In this document: positions 38,429 through 52,464 of the stretch, one piece after another | Layout: each line of letters begins with the position of its first letter | Position numbering within the stretch: the first letter of the stretch is position 1 | Source of the DNA: Polymyxa betae A26-41 | Taxonomy: Eukaryota > Protista > Endomyxa: Phytomyxea | DNA length: 64,000 nt | Direction: 5' to 3' | Assembly (NCBI GenBank): GCA_003693705.1 | Contig: RBZT01000176.1 | Coordinates: forward strand, 1,539-65,538 | Program-made: the position numbers and the translations under genes | Notes under the pieces: generated by a model | Told to the model about the DNA's origin: nothing | Database searches by the model: none | What the model saw: only the letters and a program-made list of their open reading frames with translations

Positions 38429-40562
38429 TTAAGATAGCAGTTCATTCTGCTCGACCATCATGCTTTCGCTAAATGGCTCCATGATCCCTAAAGTCGGGAA
38501 AATTTCAGAAGTAGGAATTGATACTACCAATAAAGCAACCTTCATAGCTTTGCTGTATCGCAGCGTCGTCTTGCAAATCATTCCCAGCATTATCTGCTTC
38601 GGAATAGCTGCTATATTCAACAATTGCGAAACGATCCCAATCGCTAAAAATATATCAGACAGCAGCTCAAACCAGACCACATCACACTGACGTCATTTCA
38701 GGGGTCGCTCTGATCTGCTCTATTAAAGAGGCATCACGAGACTCATACTGGATGAACTTGTCCAAATTCAGAAGCATGTTGAAGAAAACACGAACAAGTT
38801 TGCACCGCCTTAGATCCGCTCTGGTAATCTGACCAATGAGATCAGGTTTAACAATGTCCATCCTGTTGACACGATTAAGCCGTCAAACTCTACTAACTAT
38901 GAATCACAAACAGTTGGCAGACGAAATCGTTCAGGGAGATATGCTCATGAGAAACATGGTGAATTCGAACAGATTGGGCTTTATAAAACATTTCAATTTC
39001 AAAGACGGTTAATAATCCATCACCATCGATCTGGAAAAAGTACCAGCTCAGAGGGTGAATTTTCCAATGGATAATTGATCTACGTACATCACAAACACGG
39101 AACCAAAAATCGAGCGCCGCCGGTGACGATTTGTCTTCTTCAGAAAGTAGGAAATCTGCAGAGATGCATTCAAAATTAATGAAACATGAGGGTTAACGGA
39201 ACTCCTACAAATAAAATCTTCATACGTCATCACGTCATTAGGCTTGCCACCAGCAGGAGGATGTCGCAAAGCCACTTCAAATATTCTGTCTATCGCGATT
39301 GACGTTAGTGCATAATTGCCCTAATCATTGATTATTAAAGCACCAAGACAGAGCAAACTATTCGCTACGTATTTCGCTAAATCGTCTCTAGTAATAAGGA
39401 AATCGTGATCGTGATCAATCTAACGAATCCGAGTAAGAAGCATGAATCCGAAAGAACCAGATAACCAACCTCCCAGAATTTGCAATAAATAACGTAGAAA
39501 TGCTCGTACGAGAAATACTGGTTTACTTCATTGATGTCGTCTTCCTGATCTAGTCGATCTAGAGCGTAACTGCAAAGCAAAGTGATTAACCGGTAGAATA
39601 TTACTAAGAATATTAGCATACAGTAGATTACTGGAGCGAAGCTCTCCAAGAGTAATCCGCCCATTTCCACTGCGATTCACATTGTAAAATATCCTCGTAA
39701 TTACAGTTTCCACTAAATGACAATATGAGATTCAGGAACCCTCAATGGCAAGCAGGCAGAGACCATATTTATCTTGAAACTGTTGAGAATCTGCCAAAAA
39801 CCTTAACCCAGGATGGTATAATACGACATCGCGGACCAGACTCTCGAAATGCCATCGCTCTAGCGCAGGGGAACTACGACCTAACGTCCTGAATAGTCGA
39901 GTAACACGATCGCATGTCTGCAGATGTGCCTCCCAGAAACTGAATAGCCTTTAGAATTCCATTGTCATGGTGTCACTCGAGATCTACCTCTTAAATGCAG
40001 TCATCGAAACAGACGACCCTTCATCAAATCCATTAACGGCATCGAACAGAGCCGTATTGCAATGAGAAGGTAACTGTGCAATCTGCTTTGTTACGACCCG
40101 GAACTGATCTCTGGTTAGAGCTGCATTAGGAGCAGGATGGCTCTCAGCGTCACTTCGGCCCGGAGTGCAGGTCTGATGGCCGAACGCAGCCGGCCCCAGA
40201 AAGAACTCATTAATCGATCTCTACGCCAAAACGTCAAATCGAAGCCAACACATGGATTAAGAAACTAAAGACAGAAACAAGGAGCCAACCTCTTCACGAG
40301 ATCTTGATGAAGGCGATAATGGTGTACCACCAGGGAAATAGAATTGCTTAATCTGGCCTGGCCCTACTTTCTGGCCTCGGAATACTCTGCCTTTGGTTAA
40401 AGCTCGTGAAAGTGGAGAATGCGGCGGCCTAGGACTGCATGGTTGCTGCAGCGGTGACGAATGCCGCTCGATGACGGACTCGACGAGAGTCGGCGTCTCG
40501 TTCATAGACAGCCAGTTTAAAAAAGCGACCTGGACTGGAGAGCTAGCCAGACCGTCGGCCAT
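38429..40562 (-). CDS. Protein phosphatase 2A regulatory subunit B'' (PR72/PPP2R3 family)
   Basis: [60 protein letters not shown] and WDRFA. Confidence 0.93.
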
Positions 40563-41091
40563 GCAGGGTGCCAATATTTAAGACCAAAAGCAAGGAACCA
40601 AAGCAAAAGACAAAATTTGTACTCTGGAAGGTCAAACCTGCAAACTCCGCCGAAATTAATCACACAAAACTCAACATTCTTCAAGATCAGGAAGATTCGG
40701 TTTCTGCTTGATGCCACTCTTGTCTCCTGATTCTGGTGCTTGTTCAGGATATTCATCCGGATGTGTATAATAAATCCGGGTTTTGGTTATTCGTTGCATC
40801 ATTGCTGAAACGCAGTGGAGGTCGATGTTGACAATCGGTGCTCTACAGCCATCGTGAAATACTCTTATATCATTATAAATGACCAATTTCGCCAATCGTA
40901 ACAATGATAGAATCCCTCGGTTGCAGTCCTTGCTTGGAAATGAAGTGCCGTCAAATATTTTGCATGGCTTCGCTTTATTCCATCTTTCTATTATTATCAA
41001 GCAGTATTTGAGATTCGATGAATCTAAGATTCAACTGCTGCCGGATTAATCGTACGAACTGCTAGGTTCCGTTGCTAACTCTGAATTTGTC

Positions 41092-41808
41092 ATGTTCACC
41101 CAAACTGACTTCGTGATCGGCTGCCTTCTCACTGCATTTGCTGTTCTTTATGTTTGGTTCCCAACGGTTGCGCCAGCGGAATCTGAACTTCCTTTGGATC
41201 CTGCAGCTCAGTTTGCTAGTGATCTGATTGACAGCCTGCATAAGCTTATCGCTGAGTTCAAAGTTGAAGGTGAAAGTACAAATTTGAACCAGTTCCAAGT
41301 TTCCTTCATACAGCTGTCACAATTAGATATGGGGGATATGAGATTTCGTCTAGTCTGGCCAAAATCCAGGGTATTGAAAAATGAGTTGGACGATCTTTTT
41401 AATGGTTGGAATGAGGCTGGCGATCAATTCAGAAAAAAAGTTGAAAGCCTTCCCAAGTTGACAGTAAACACAGCAGTGCGCTGGAGGGATATAAAAGACG
41501 ACCTGTTGAAGTTTGAGATCAAATCAGCAGATTACGATCGACTTTATGGAATTGTCACTCGAAGCAACGAAATAGTGTTTAAAAAAAAGGCAATTGCCCT
41601 TCAAGAAGCACTTCAAACCAGAGCGACGCAAACTCTACCTGTTTTCCCAGAACAGTTCCCAAGCGAAATCATCGAGATGCAGATCCAAACCTGGTGTGAG
41701 CAGGTTAAAGACATGAATATCGATCCGGTTTTGAAGCAAATCTCTGTCGACTCGGCTGAGTCCCAGCTGAGACAGTTGAAACGTCTGCGAGAGCTTCAAG
41801 ACGATTGA
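41092..41808 (+). CDS. Intronless helical protein with N-terminal signal/anchor peptide (candidate secreted effector)
   Basis: Hydrophobic N-terminus FVIGCLLTAFAVLYVWFPTVA; 238-aa ORF with no recognised domain. Confidence 0.65.
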   Translation: MFTQTDFVIGCLLTAFAVLYVWFPTVAPAESELPLDPAAQFASDLIDSLHKLIAEFKVEGESTNLNQFQVSFIQLSQLDMGDMRFRLVWPKSRVLKNELDDLFNGWNEAGDQFRKKVESLPKLTVNTAVRWRDIKDDLLKFEIKSADYDRLYGIVTRSNEIVFKKKAIALQEALQTRATQTLPVFPEQFPSEIIEMQIQTWCEQVKDMNIDPVLKQISVDSAESQLRQLKRLRELQDD

Positions 41809-41964
41809 ATACGAAAAATAGAAGCGAAATACAGAAATGGGAAATAAAGGTTTAACAAACGGAGGAGGCCGCAGCTGCAATAAGTAACCCATTGGGCTCT
41901 AAAGTCTGAACCCCTCCTGATATGCCCCTTGTCGTTACACTTTACGTATTACTTTATTGTTGCG

Positions 41965-44900
41965 ATGAGCATCGTCGTTGTCGATTGCCTTGACCAAAGT
42001 GGAAAGCGGCAGACGGTTGAGGTCAAGGTCGACATCAGCAATCCCAGCCTCACACCTTATGGGATTCGGCGCTCTTTAGCTTCGACTTTGCATGTCGACC
42101 CAAGCCTGATTCGTTTGTCACCGAGCTCGAGCTCCCAGATAGAGGTCCCTCAGCGAATTAATTGTACAGTTCTGGACCCAAAGTTTTTAACGCTGAAGAT
42201 TTCAGGTTTGCAAACTTTCTTTTATTTGGAAGACACTCTGGCAAACCTGGTTTAGTTTGCGAATTCCAAGCAGAGCCATTTCCAGTGGCAGTGCATCCAA
42301 ATGATAAGCTCATCGATGTAAAATTTGTTTTATCGAAACGAAACGGCCTGTCTGCCGAATCGCATGTACTGGCGCCTATGAAACAAGCAGCTTTGCCGGA
42401 TTCAACCTCTGTTTCGGCCGGTATGGCTTTGCAGCTGTGGTACGAAATTCGCAGCGAAGAGAAGGGACGAGGGACTGCACACAGGTGATTGTCTGATGAT
42501 GAAATCGATGCTTGTGTTCAATATCTTGTATTCAGGTCGCGTACCACCCTGCTAGCCCAGGCTGATCAAAATCAGACCACTCTTCAACATGTACTTCGTA
42601 AATCGTTTGAAAGTTTTGCAAGCCTTCGCATGCTGGGGACTCGGAAATGGAATGATGTAACTTAAACGCTGTCATTCATTTTTCGTGTTTGACTTGGAAA
42701 AGGAACATACTGTCCGACTGAATATGTACACCTGGCAGACATACCAAACTGTGTACACCCGCTGTAAGAATTTAGCTTCAGGATTTAAACATCTTGGCAT
42801 CAATCCCGGCGATAAAATTGGCATCATGTCAATAAACCGCGCTGAATGGTTTGTAGTTGGCTCTTAATCTTCAATTTCCAACACAGTTTTGCAGGGCAAT
42901 TACAGATTTTACATGCATGCTTTCCGGATTTATCTCGGTCACCATCTATGACACGCTGGGGCCGGACGTTGTCGAATATATTGTCAATCATGCTGAAGTG
43001 AAGGCCATAGTCGTAAGCCAAAAAATGGTGAGCACCGCGCTACAAGAGACTCTATTCTTGATTTCTTTTTCAGTTACCTGAAGTCGTGAAAGTTCGATCG
43101 AAATGTCCTGGCCTCTCTCTGGTTATTATGATGAATGACTTACTTGTAGAAAATCAAGGATCGAATGACACGTTCGATTACCGGTTTTCTCAAGTCGAAG
43201 AGTAGGCAGTTGATCCCAAGCTGTTCTTGCATGATGTTGAATTTCTGCAGGTTAGGCAAGCAAAACCCAAAAGCAGGCGATGCCGCTATCAAGCCAAGCG
43301 ATATTGCGTCAATTTGCTACACAAGTGGGACTACAGGGAATCCCAAAGGAGCTATCTTGACCCATGGAAATCTTGTCGCTGCATCTGCTGCCTTATGCCT
43401 GTTCGCGGGTGATGCCGAAATTGTTGCTGGTGTTGACACGGCCGTTTCTTATCTTCCTCTCGCTCATATTTATGAACGACTAAGCCATTTGTTTGCTGTT
43501 TCTAAGGGGCTTGGAATCGGTACGTAGGGCCTTCAGCATTTGCTATGTATTGACTATTCTATTAGGATACTTCAGCGGAGATACTGCTCAACTTGTTGAT
43601 GATGTTGCGATTCTCAAACCGAGTATTTTTCCTGGAGTGCCTCGTGTCTGGCAGCGAATTTTCAATAAAATCAATGGCCAGGTTGCAGATGTAGGTTTCT
43701 TGAAACGTAATGGAAGTTTTCTGATGCATTGCCGCAGAGCACTTTCATCACAAAGAGATTATTTCAAACAGCATATGAAAGCAAATATGGTGCGCTTAGA
43801 TCTGGAGACCCAAATCCGGATTCTGGCTTCTTAGATCGCCTTGTTTTCAAATCGATCTCCAACAAATTCGGCGGAAACCTAAAGCTCAGTAAGACGGGTT
43901 TCACAAGAACCGCATCAGAAATGCTAAGAATGTGTTTAGTGATTTCTGGCAGTGCTCCGATCTCTGCTCGTATAGCTACCTTTATGCGTATCTGTATGAG
44001 AGCGCCCTTTATGGAGGGATACGGGCTGACAGAAACATGTGCCTGTTAGTTTATTATTGTTTCACGATCCCTTGATTGAAATGTAATCAGTAACTTCATT
44101 GACGCCTTTGGATGACGTCGACTACGGTCAAGTCGGCGTTCCGGTACCTTGCTCCGAAATAATGCTCGTGGACGTTCCGTCAATGTCTTATTTGACAACC
44201 GATCAGCCTCATCCTCGAGGTGAAATTTGGATTCGAGGGCCGAATATATTTGCTGGATATTATAAACAGGTTGGCGATGTGACTGATGATCTCATCTGAC
44301 TGACGCTTTTTAGCCTGATGTCACAAACGAATGTATGACACGAGATGGGTGGTTTCGGACAGGTCTGTCTCTATTTTTTTTTTGTTTTTCTAATCTGTCC
44401 CTCAGGTGATGTTGGCCGATGGCGTCCTGATGGTCGATTAGAGGTACATCATTTTTTCGTAAACCTCAGGAGCTATCCGCTTAAGAAAATTCCAGATTAT
44501 TGATAGAGTGAAGAACATATTTAAGCTTGCTCAAGGCGAATATATTCGTCCAGATCATATTGAGGCAGTTTACAAAATGTCGCCGTTTATTGCAAACATT
44601 TTCGTATATGGCGACAGTACGCAATCGTTCTTGGTTGCTATTATTGTTGCAAATCAAGAGCAGCTAGCGAAATTTTCTTCACAAAATCATATCGACGTTA
44701 AGGCAAATCCGAAAGCTCTCCACCAAGCAATCGAGAAAGATATGAGGAAATTTGCTGAACGGGAAGGTATCGCATTCCTATCGTATTGATGTTTCCTTGT
44801 GTAAGCATTGGATCAGGTTTAAAGGGATTTGAGCAAGTTCGCAAGTTTGTATTGATCAACGAGGATTTCACTATCGAAAACGGTTTACTGACACCTTCTC

Positions 44901-44992
44901 TCAAACTCAAAAGACACGAAGCGAAATTGCGCTTCAAATCTGAAATCGAAAAATTATATCAGTCAAACGAGACCCTTCCTAGCAAGCTGTAA
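41965..44992 (+). CDS. Long-chain acyl-CoA synthetase (ACSL/LACS) with N-terminal ubiquitin-like extension; multi-exon
   Basis: ICYTSGTTGNPKG, SYLPLAHIYER, EGYGLTET, GWFRTGD, DRVKNIFKLAQGEYI and LLTPSLKLKR; C-terminal SKL (PTS1-like). Confidence 0.93.
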
Positions 44993-45071
44993 AGTGGACT
45001 CTAACATCCGTTTTCACTGAATATATTATTATCTTGGTTTATATATGTTTCTAACTATTAAGTTTGCCCGT

Positions 45072-48000
45072 CTAATCAAATTTCCTGCTAAGCATTATGT
45101 CTCTTCTGTAAACGAAATATGATACTATGAACACAACCAGCATGAAACTGGCGAGCCCGATGATTGTCAAGATCGCGGTCAGAGTATCAAGCGGTCTCCC
45201 ATATAATTCAATAATGAAGACTGTCGATAAGTTGCAGTAACTGTAAATCTATGAATTACTTCTCTTGCCTCAAGATTGGATATTTTCTCTTACCTGTAGC
45301 GAAGATCCACAACAGTCACTTGAAACGTCATATAACCATCAGGAGCTTGATTCTTGAATTTCAACATGTTCTTTCCCGTAGAGTTGATGATCTAATTGTC
45401 TATCAGAATTTTGAAAAGCAGATAAATTTTTAATCCGACTTCGTAAGATGCAGACATCCAATCGGACCCATCGAGGGTGCCGCTAGGTGCCGCAGAAAAG
45501 CAATCGATGTTGTTTTCTGGAGTCCAATTGGCTCCTTTTAGCCTTTCCCATGACTGAGGTCTACGTGCACATCCAACCTGGCTAGCGGTAGCTGTATATT
45601 GGTGATCAGATCTCCCTGTCATTTCTTGAAGAACGTAATCGGCCGTCATTTCTTCCACAAAATGGCCGTTTCTGAAGAGATCGATAACTGGGCGGTATCC
45701 TGTCGTTTGATGGAATACAAGAATTGGCCCGCTGGCAGAATCCCGAACCGATATGGACGTCTTTGGAGGGCATCCCACCCTAACTCTTGTTACCGCCATT
45801 GCTGCGAATTATTAGAATATATATTAAAGAAACTCGTAAGCATACCTTTCCCACATGCGTGATTCCCGTGCAACAAATTGACAGAGAACGCTGTGCTACC
45901 TGTAGCTCGCGTCTCGCGATCGATACGACCGTTGTACTGATTGGCAGCCTCCTGAACAACAGCACTGTTCATTATTTCTGTAGCGCCAAGCTCAGAAGAA
46001 GAAATAGTAGAAGACGATATTCGCAAAAGACTCGAATCGTCAACGGCAACAGCAACAGGACCAGCTTGTAAGTTACTGTATTCCTTCAGGACAGTCTAAA
46101 AACAAAATTATGAGTATAGTCAAAACGTGATAACGGTGCAGTCTCTACCGTGACTGTTATGTTATCACCCATGTCAATGTAGCTTGGCAAATCTGGTGGC
46201 AGAGATAATAGCTCATAAGGGCACGAAAGCGATTCTAACGTGGGCGAAGACCTGACGCCTCGAAGTTCATCTTCCAGCGGAATTTCGTATGAAAGTATGT
46301 TCGACGAAGTTGCAACAATTAATTTCATTCCTGGAATGTCACGCTGGGGCTGTAGAACTAGGTACGTTGATGATGTGTTTACCCTAACTCCTACAAATAG
46401 CACACAAATTCAGCTTGGAGTCCAGCTTAAAGTTACCGACATACCCGATTGGATTTCGATCGCTTCCATTAATGGCATAATACCATAGAAAACACGGTTC
46501 GTTGTAGTTAAAATCGCATAAGAAGTGCTAGTCGGCAACGTGATCAATTGCCTAACGAACTCGCCATCTTGAAGACCAGGTTTGTGTACTGGTGAGCGCG
46601 CTGTCAGGCGAAGCTTATTCAACGAAAAACCGGAATTAGGAGTGAAGAGCACGCCATCGGATTCCACCACAAAACTATTTCTTGATCCAAATCCTGCTCC
46701 AATCAGGGTCGACAATCCAGAAAATGAAGTTCGAGCTTTCGTCCAGAATCCGTTATAATACTCGTAGAATAATGTCCCGTTGCTGGCATCGCGAAAGACA
46801 GCTGTGAAGCCCAAATATTTGCGGTATTCTAGAGCAGCGCTTACAATTTTGAATTCCATAGAGGGAAAATCAACGGAGTCGAATGTGACGCCTCCATCGA
46901 AACTGCTATAAAGTGAATTAGAATTGAACAGCAGCAGCATTTTAGTGTTTTGGGATTGCGATCCATCAGGTTGTAGCAGATCATCACACATTTCCGCAGC
47001 CTAACCGTTTCATGATGAGCACAAGCGAATTCCTTCTCGATGGTGCTTACTCGTAACTGTGCAGCACTGAAGTTGAAAGTCGGTGACACACCGCTTGCTG
47101 GCAATAATGACTGCATAGTAGGAGAATACATTACCCGCTTGTTGGTTAAAACCACGAATGTAGTTCGTGTAAACGCAATATCGACCAGCGTTTCGTCGAT
47201 AGCTATAATTTCATCAGAAATCGTGAGAGAGGTACGATGTGGTTTAAGCACCTAAGGGTACACGAAGCACTTCTACAGAGCTAAACATATTCTGAGTGAA
47301 CGCGATTGAGTTGGTCCCAGGATACGGCAGCGCCATCGTTGAAAACTCACAGACGTCTCGGCGTAACGGTCCTGGAGGCGTTGAGGGTATTGCTACCGTA
47401 TCCCACGATGGCGTAAATTGTTGTAAAAATAGAGGAATAAATGCATCTTTAGCCTGATATGTCATAAAAGAGACGCCAATTCCTGAGAGCGACAATGAAA
47501 TAAACTCCTCTGAAAGTACCATTGCCCGACTACCTTGAATGATTGCGGCAGTAAAAGAAGGGATTAACGCAATGCTTATCGGAACAACCCATCGCGACCT
47601 CGTAGCGTTGAATGTCACAGGACCTGTGGCCTGAATTGAAGGCGACGAGAAAGAGACTGTGGGAGATTCTCCAAATTCGAACATATGAAAAGTTATATCA
47701 TCGGCGGATGCCTCGTCAAGGACATCGTGCAGCCAAATCGACAGCGTTGTTGTTGCGTTTGCAGTTAAAACAGAATCCGTTGCAACCCGCCACGACAATT
47801 CTTGAATATTATCCTTCAGACGAACTGAAAACTGATCAGTCCCGCCCAAACCATCGGAAATCTTAAACTATTCTCAGTCCCAACATTGATTTCAGTACAA
47901 GAAGGACCTGGACGATTACGTGGATTGGAGAGTTGCATGCAACGACGGCTGTTGGCTTCGTCTCATTTGAAATAGAACAGGCATCCTTAGCAGACGAATG

Positions 48001-48192
48001 CAGAACCCAAAGTGGAGTTGGTACATCAAAAACATGCATTCTGATCGAAGTAAAAATACCCGACACTTCATCGATCTCTCTGCTGACATTATATCGCCAT
48101 CGAAACGACGTCATCAACTCAGGATTAGTAACCCAGGCTGAATCCCCAGTATAGCAGGTCACCATGACAAGGAGTATCCATAAAGAGGACAT
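45072..48192 (-). CDS. CatSper channel auxiliary subunit, delta/epsilon family-like (signal peptide, large beta-rich ectodomain, C-terminal TM)
   Basis: VGCPP...ADYVLQEMTGRSD.QY.AT..QVGC..RPQSW...WTPEN..DCF...YEIINS...VVDLRYSYCNL followed by one TM helix, matching the CATSPERD/E C-terminal pattern. Confidence 0.8.
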
Positions 48193-49142
48193 GTCCTGGT
48201 ATGGCAGATTGGGAACATCCAGAGACAGTAATCACCGATTCTGTCAATGTACTCTGTACGATCGGTTCCTCTTAGATCGCATCTCTAACGATTATAATGA
48301 CACCTGATGGTTCTGATTTAACATTGATCGCGTGGCCTTCAGGCTCAGTCGTCTCATAACATACAGAACAGACAGAAAGAAAACATGTTTGAATATTGCA
48401 TTGTTATGCTGAAATGAAGAATTCGCGATTTGAGCTCATCATTCAGAGGTCAATTACTACGTATCCATCCCGAAAATGAAGCCGAATTCATCGCAACCTG
48501 CTGGTTTTCATCGGATGCGGCTTCTCATATTTTTCGATAGAATATCAAATGTCCAAATACTCAAACAAGTTTCCATTTTTTTTGTTCTTCAAAGGTCCCA
48601 TAATGGCCAATGCGTCAGATATTAATATTTACGAACACGCTATTTGGATCATTCTTTAAACTAATCTCGCGTATTTTTATATGCAAACCTCTTTATTGTA
48701 GGTTTATGGGTTCTGTATTCCATAAATCTCGTAGGAGGAGGGAGATCCAATACCAGTCGGATCATATAAAACCATCGAGCGGAAGTCTTTCGACTATTGA
48801 GTCTCGATGACCTAACGTCCGATACACCAATCTTATCTATAACCAACACCGAAAACGAGCTACAAAAGGTCCCATAATCACTTTTCTCTGATTATGGGTG
48901 CTTCAAGGCATCCCGGTTGGATGAATGGATACAGTCAACCTCGATCCATCGTTTTTCGGATTTTAGCAATTTTCGATCGCTTTGATCCCCATTTATCGAG
49001 GAATAGCAAATGGGCGAACACAGCATTGATGAATGTTTCTTGTTCAGCAATGAACGAATCCGCCCTACATGATGTGATCACATTCTTTCAAGAAAATAGA
49101 ACGTTCGATCATTTGTCGCTTCAATTTTCGCCATCGGTGTGG

Positions 49143-50370
49143 CTACCATCTCCAGAATCGTGCCTGGAGGCAATTAGGTTTGCTTTTCAAAACAAATATA
49201 TCTTACCTTTCTAGTCGTTTTGGATGGCTTTGTGTCTTGCTCTGGCAAGCTCTGCTTTGTCTCGTCTGCTGTAATTACTTTCTCATGCAGAAAAGGTTCT
49301 GGATATTGAAATTCTGGTAATTTCACTTCAATAAAACCTTCCTCTGATTTGCCATTCCCAAGGTCATCAACTCGTTCCTGATCAATTTTGTTCTCTTCAA
49401 CAGTTTGATCTTCAGACTTCCTCCGATGAATGTAGGTTATAACCTCCTGAAGCTCTTTCTCCATTTCGTCCCGATACTTCTCAAATTCCAATTCGGCTTG
49501 GTGTCCAAGCTCTCTGAGCTTGTCTACATAATCTCTGAATCGAATCTGTTCCCTCCCAATTCTTTCAGTAAAACTCTGAGTGACTCTGGCTAGAACCTTG
49601 GCTATGTCGTCCTCCTCCTTCATTATGATGAGACGCTCCTTCATGAATGGGCGCATCGGCCTCTCATCAAATTTCTCCAGACTACTAACAGCATCTACTA
49701 TAGTCATTCGATACGCCTTTAATTCAGAGATCGGATTTCCCCATAAATTCAAGATTCTCAATGACGATGGAGCTTGTCGTAAAGCTTGCGCAGCAGATCC
49801 CAGCGAATCAATTTCATTATCAGATAGCGATAGAGTCGCGATTTGGCTCAGACAAGAAATCGTGCTGAGATCTTTGATTCGGTTTCGATCAGCTTGTAGA
49901 ACTTGCACGCCTGGGAATATTGGAAGCTCTGTAACTGAATTATGAGCAATATTCAATGTTTTGAGGTTCGGTAATTGGAAGTTTGGGAATTTCCCATCAA
50001 GTTCATTGACACTGACGTCTAGTTCCTTCAATCGAGGCAAATCCCCAAGGTTCAGCCTATTGATCAGATTCTGACTTAAAGATAACTCAACTAGGTTAGG
50101 AAGGTGATCAATCGTGATAGTGTGTAAGAGGTTGTACGACAAGTCCAAATGTCGTAATGCCTTGAACGATTGAAACGAGCTCGCATTGGTGATATGATTT
50201 AGCGACAAATTAAGCAAAACGATCTCAGTTATTCGGTTGGCTATTGCTGCAGACAAATTTGGAATGGCATCCAAACTATAGTGATTCAACTTCAGTGCAT
50301 AGGCTGCTTGTTGATCAGGCCATGACCACTCAGCAGAGATTTTGCTATTTTCGAGCTCTTCTAATTCCAT
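49143..50370 (-). CDS. SDS22-like leucine-rich repeat protein with LRRcap and coiled-coil tail
   Basis: LRHLDLSYN, LVELSLSQN, LKELDVSVN and LRILNLWGNPISELKAYR..IV...LEKFD. Confidence 0.88.
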
Positions 50371-50559
50371 ACGTGTCGGATTTTAGAATCAGTACTTGAT
50401 ACCAGATATTTGATGCTCCGGTAAATTCAGATTCCACAGAGCAGGGTGGGTATATAGGATAAATGTCCACATCGATGTATTTTTTGTCACAGTCAATTTC
50501 TTTGTGTGCAAGGCTAATGCGGTTGTCTGAATCATCCCAGCAATGCAAGCTTTGAACAC

Positions 50560-51396
50560 CATCTTCGTAAATACGCTCGCAAGTACTATTACATTTCGAT
50601 AATGCTCCTGCATACAGAAACCGGCGTTACTTTCGTTTTCGAAATGGGAAAGGAGCTTGCAACAGATCTAAGGCCACGGAAATCTTACGCCCACGTAGCG
50701 TATCGATGGTAATGACACGTTCCTTTTTGGTGAAATCAAAGACTATCCTCTGCCGACCTTCGTCTCCCTTTTAATATCATCGGCCTTGTGAAATTGCCCA
50801 TATCAAGCCGGGCCCAACGGGCATCGCTCACATCGCTTCCATACACATAATTGGGATCGACGAAGCCAAAATTAGCGAATGCCCGGTATTCACGTGAATC
50901 TTCTTGAAATCGACCAAAGGGCAGATCGATACCCGTCTCTTCCTTCAGCTCACGTGGCGGCCGCTTGCTTCGGGCCTCTCGTTCTTCAACATCAGCGAAC
51001 ACCGGGTAACGCCCAACATCTTTGTACGAAGATTGCCACGCTTTACCAGGACTGAAGCCGGTGAAGGATGACCCTTGGATCTTTGTCACAATCCCGATAT
51101 CAACCGTCGATATCGATAGCGCATGCTCGTATGCTTATCCTATTTGTTGGCCCTTCGATTGGTCATCAGCAGGGACACTGTAAAGGATTATGCCGGTATC
51201 GTACCTTCCTTCGCATAGATCGCCATGACGCCTGTGCAATCCGGCTAGAACATGTTCTGCTGCGAGTAAGATCAGTACTAAGACACCACGAAGGCAATAA
51301 GCACTCACCGACTCCATCCGCAACAGTTATGGTCGTATGGGCAAAGAAAACTCTTGCAGAGAAAAATAGGATTTGGTCCTGCGCAATGGCCGACAT
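50560..51396 (-). pseudogene. Frameshifted Nudix hydrolase (bacterial ADP-ribose pyrophosphatase/NrtR-like)
   Basis: TVDIGIV, VLVKRGN, WALPG, KQAAA and RELKEETG, then GSDVSDARW, are spread over different frames. Boundaries approximate. Confidence 0.7.
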
Positions 51397-51715
51397 CTAA
51401 CCATTGCCGACTATAACATCAAAAGTGCAAAGTTTCAACGTTTGAAGTTGTAAAGCTTTATAAAACATGTCGTGTTCACACGACATTTTGATGTGAGGTG
51501 ACAATTAAACTACATGATTTAAAGCAGGACCTAAATCGAAGCAGTGAATGAGAAGCAACCAGTTTTGTATGGTGCAGTGAATGCGGGGGCGCAGCCTGAG
51601 GGTGACGTGTTCTATCTGACAAGTGAGAATACGTTACCACCTAAACGCAGTCCGTGCATAACCCACCGTTCTCCCTTTTATCTTTGTCACCGTCTCGTTT
51701 GTCGTCAGTTCGTGA

Positions 51716-52464
<749 letters not shown>

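Noticed and set aside
40671-41000. - strand ORF faintly resembling a deaminase fragment
   Set aside because: No HxE/PCxxC motif and no ATG start; insufficient evidence.
48610-49214. + strand ORFs upstream of the CatSper-like gene
   Set aside because: No recognisable motifs, and overlap with the 3' end of the LRR gene; cannot be supported.
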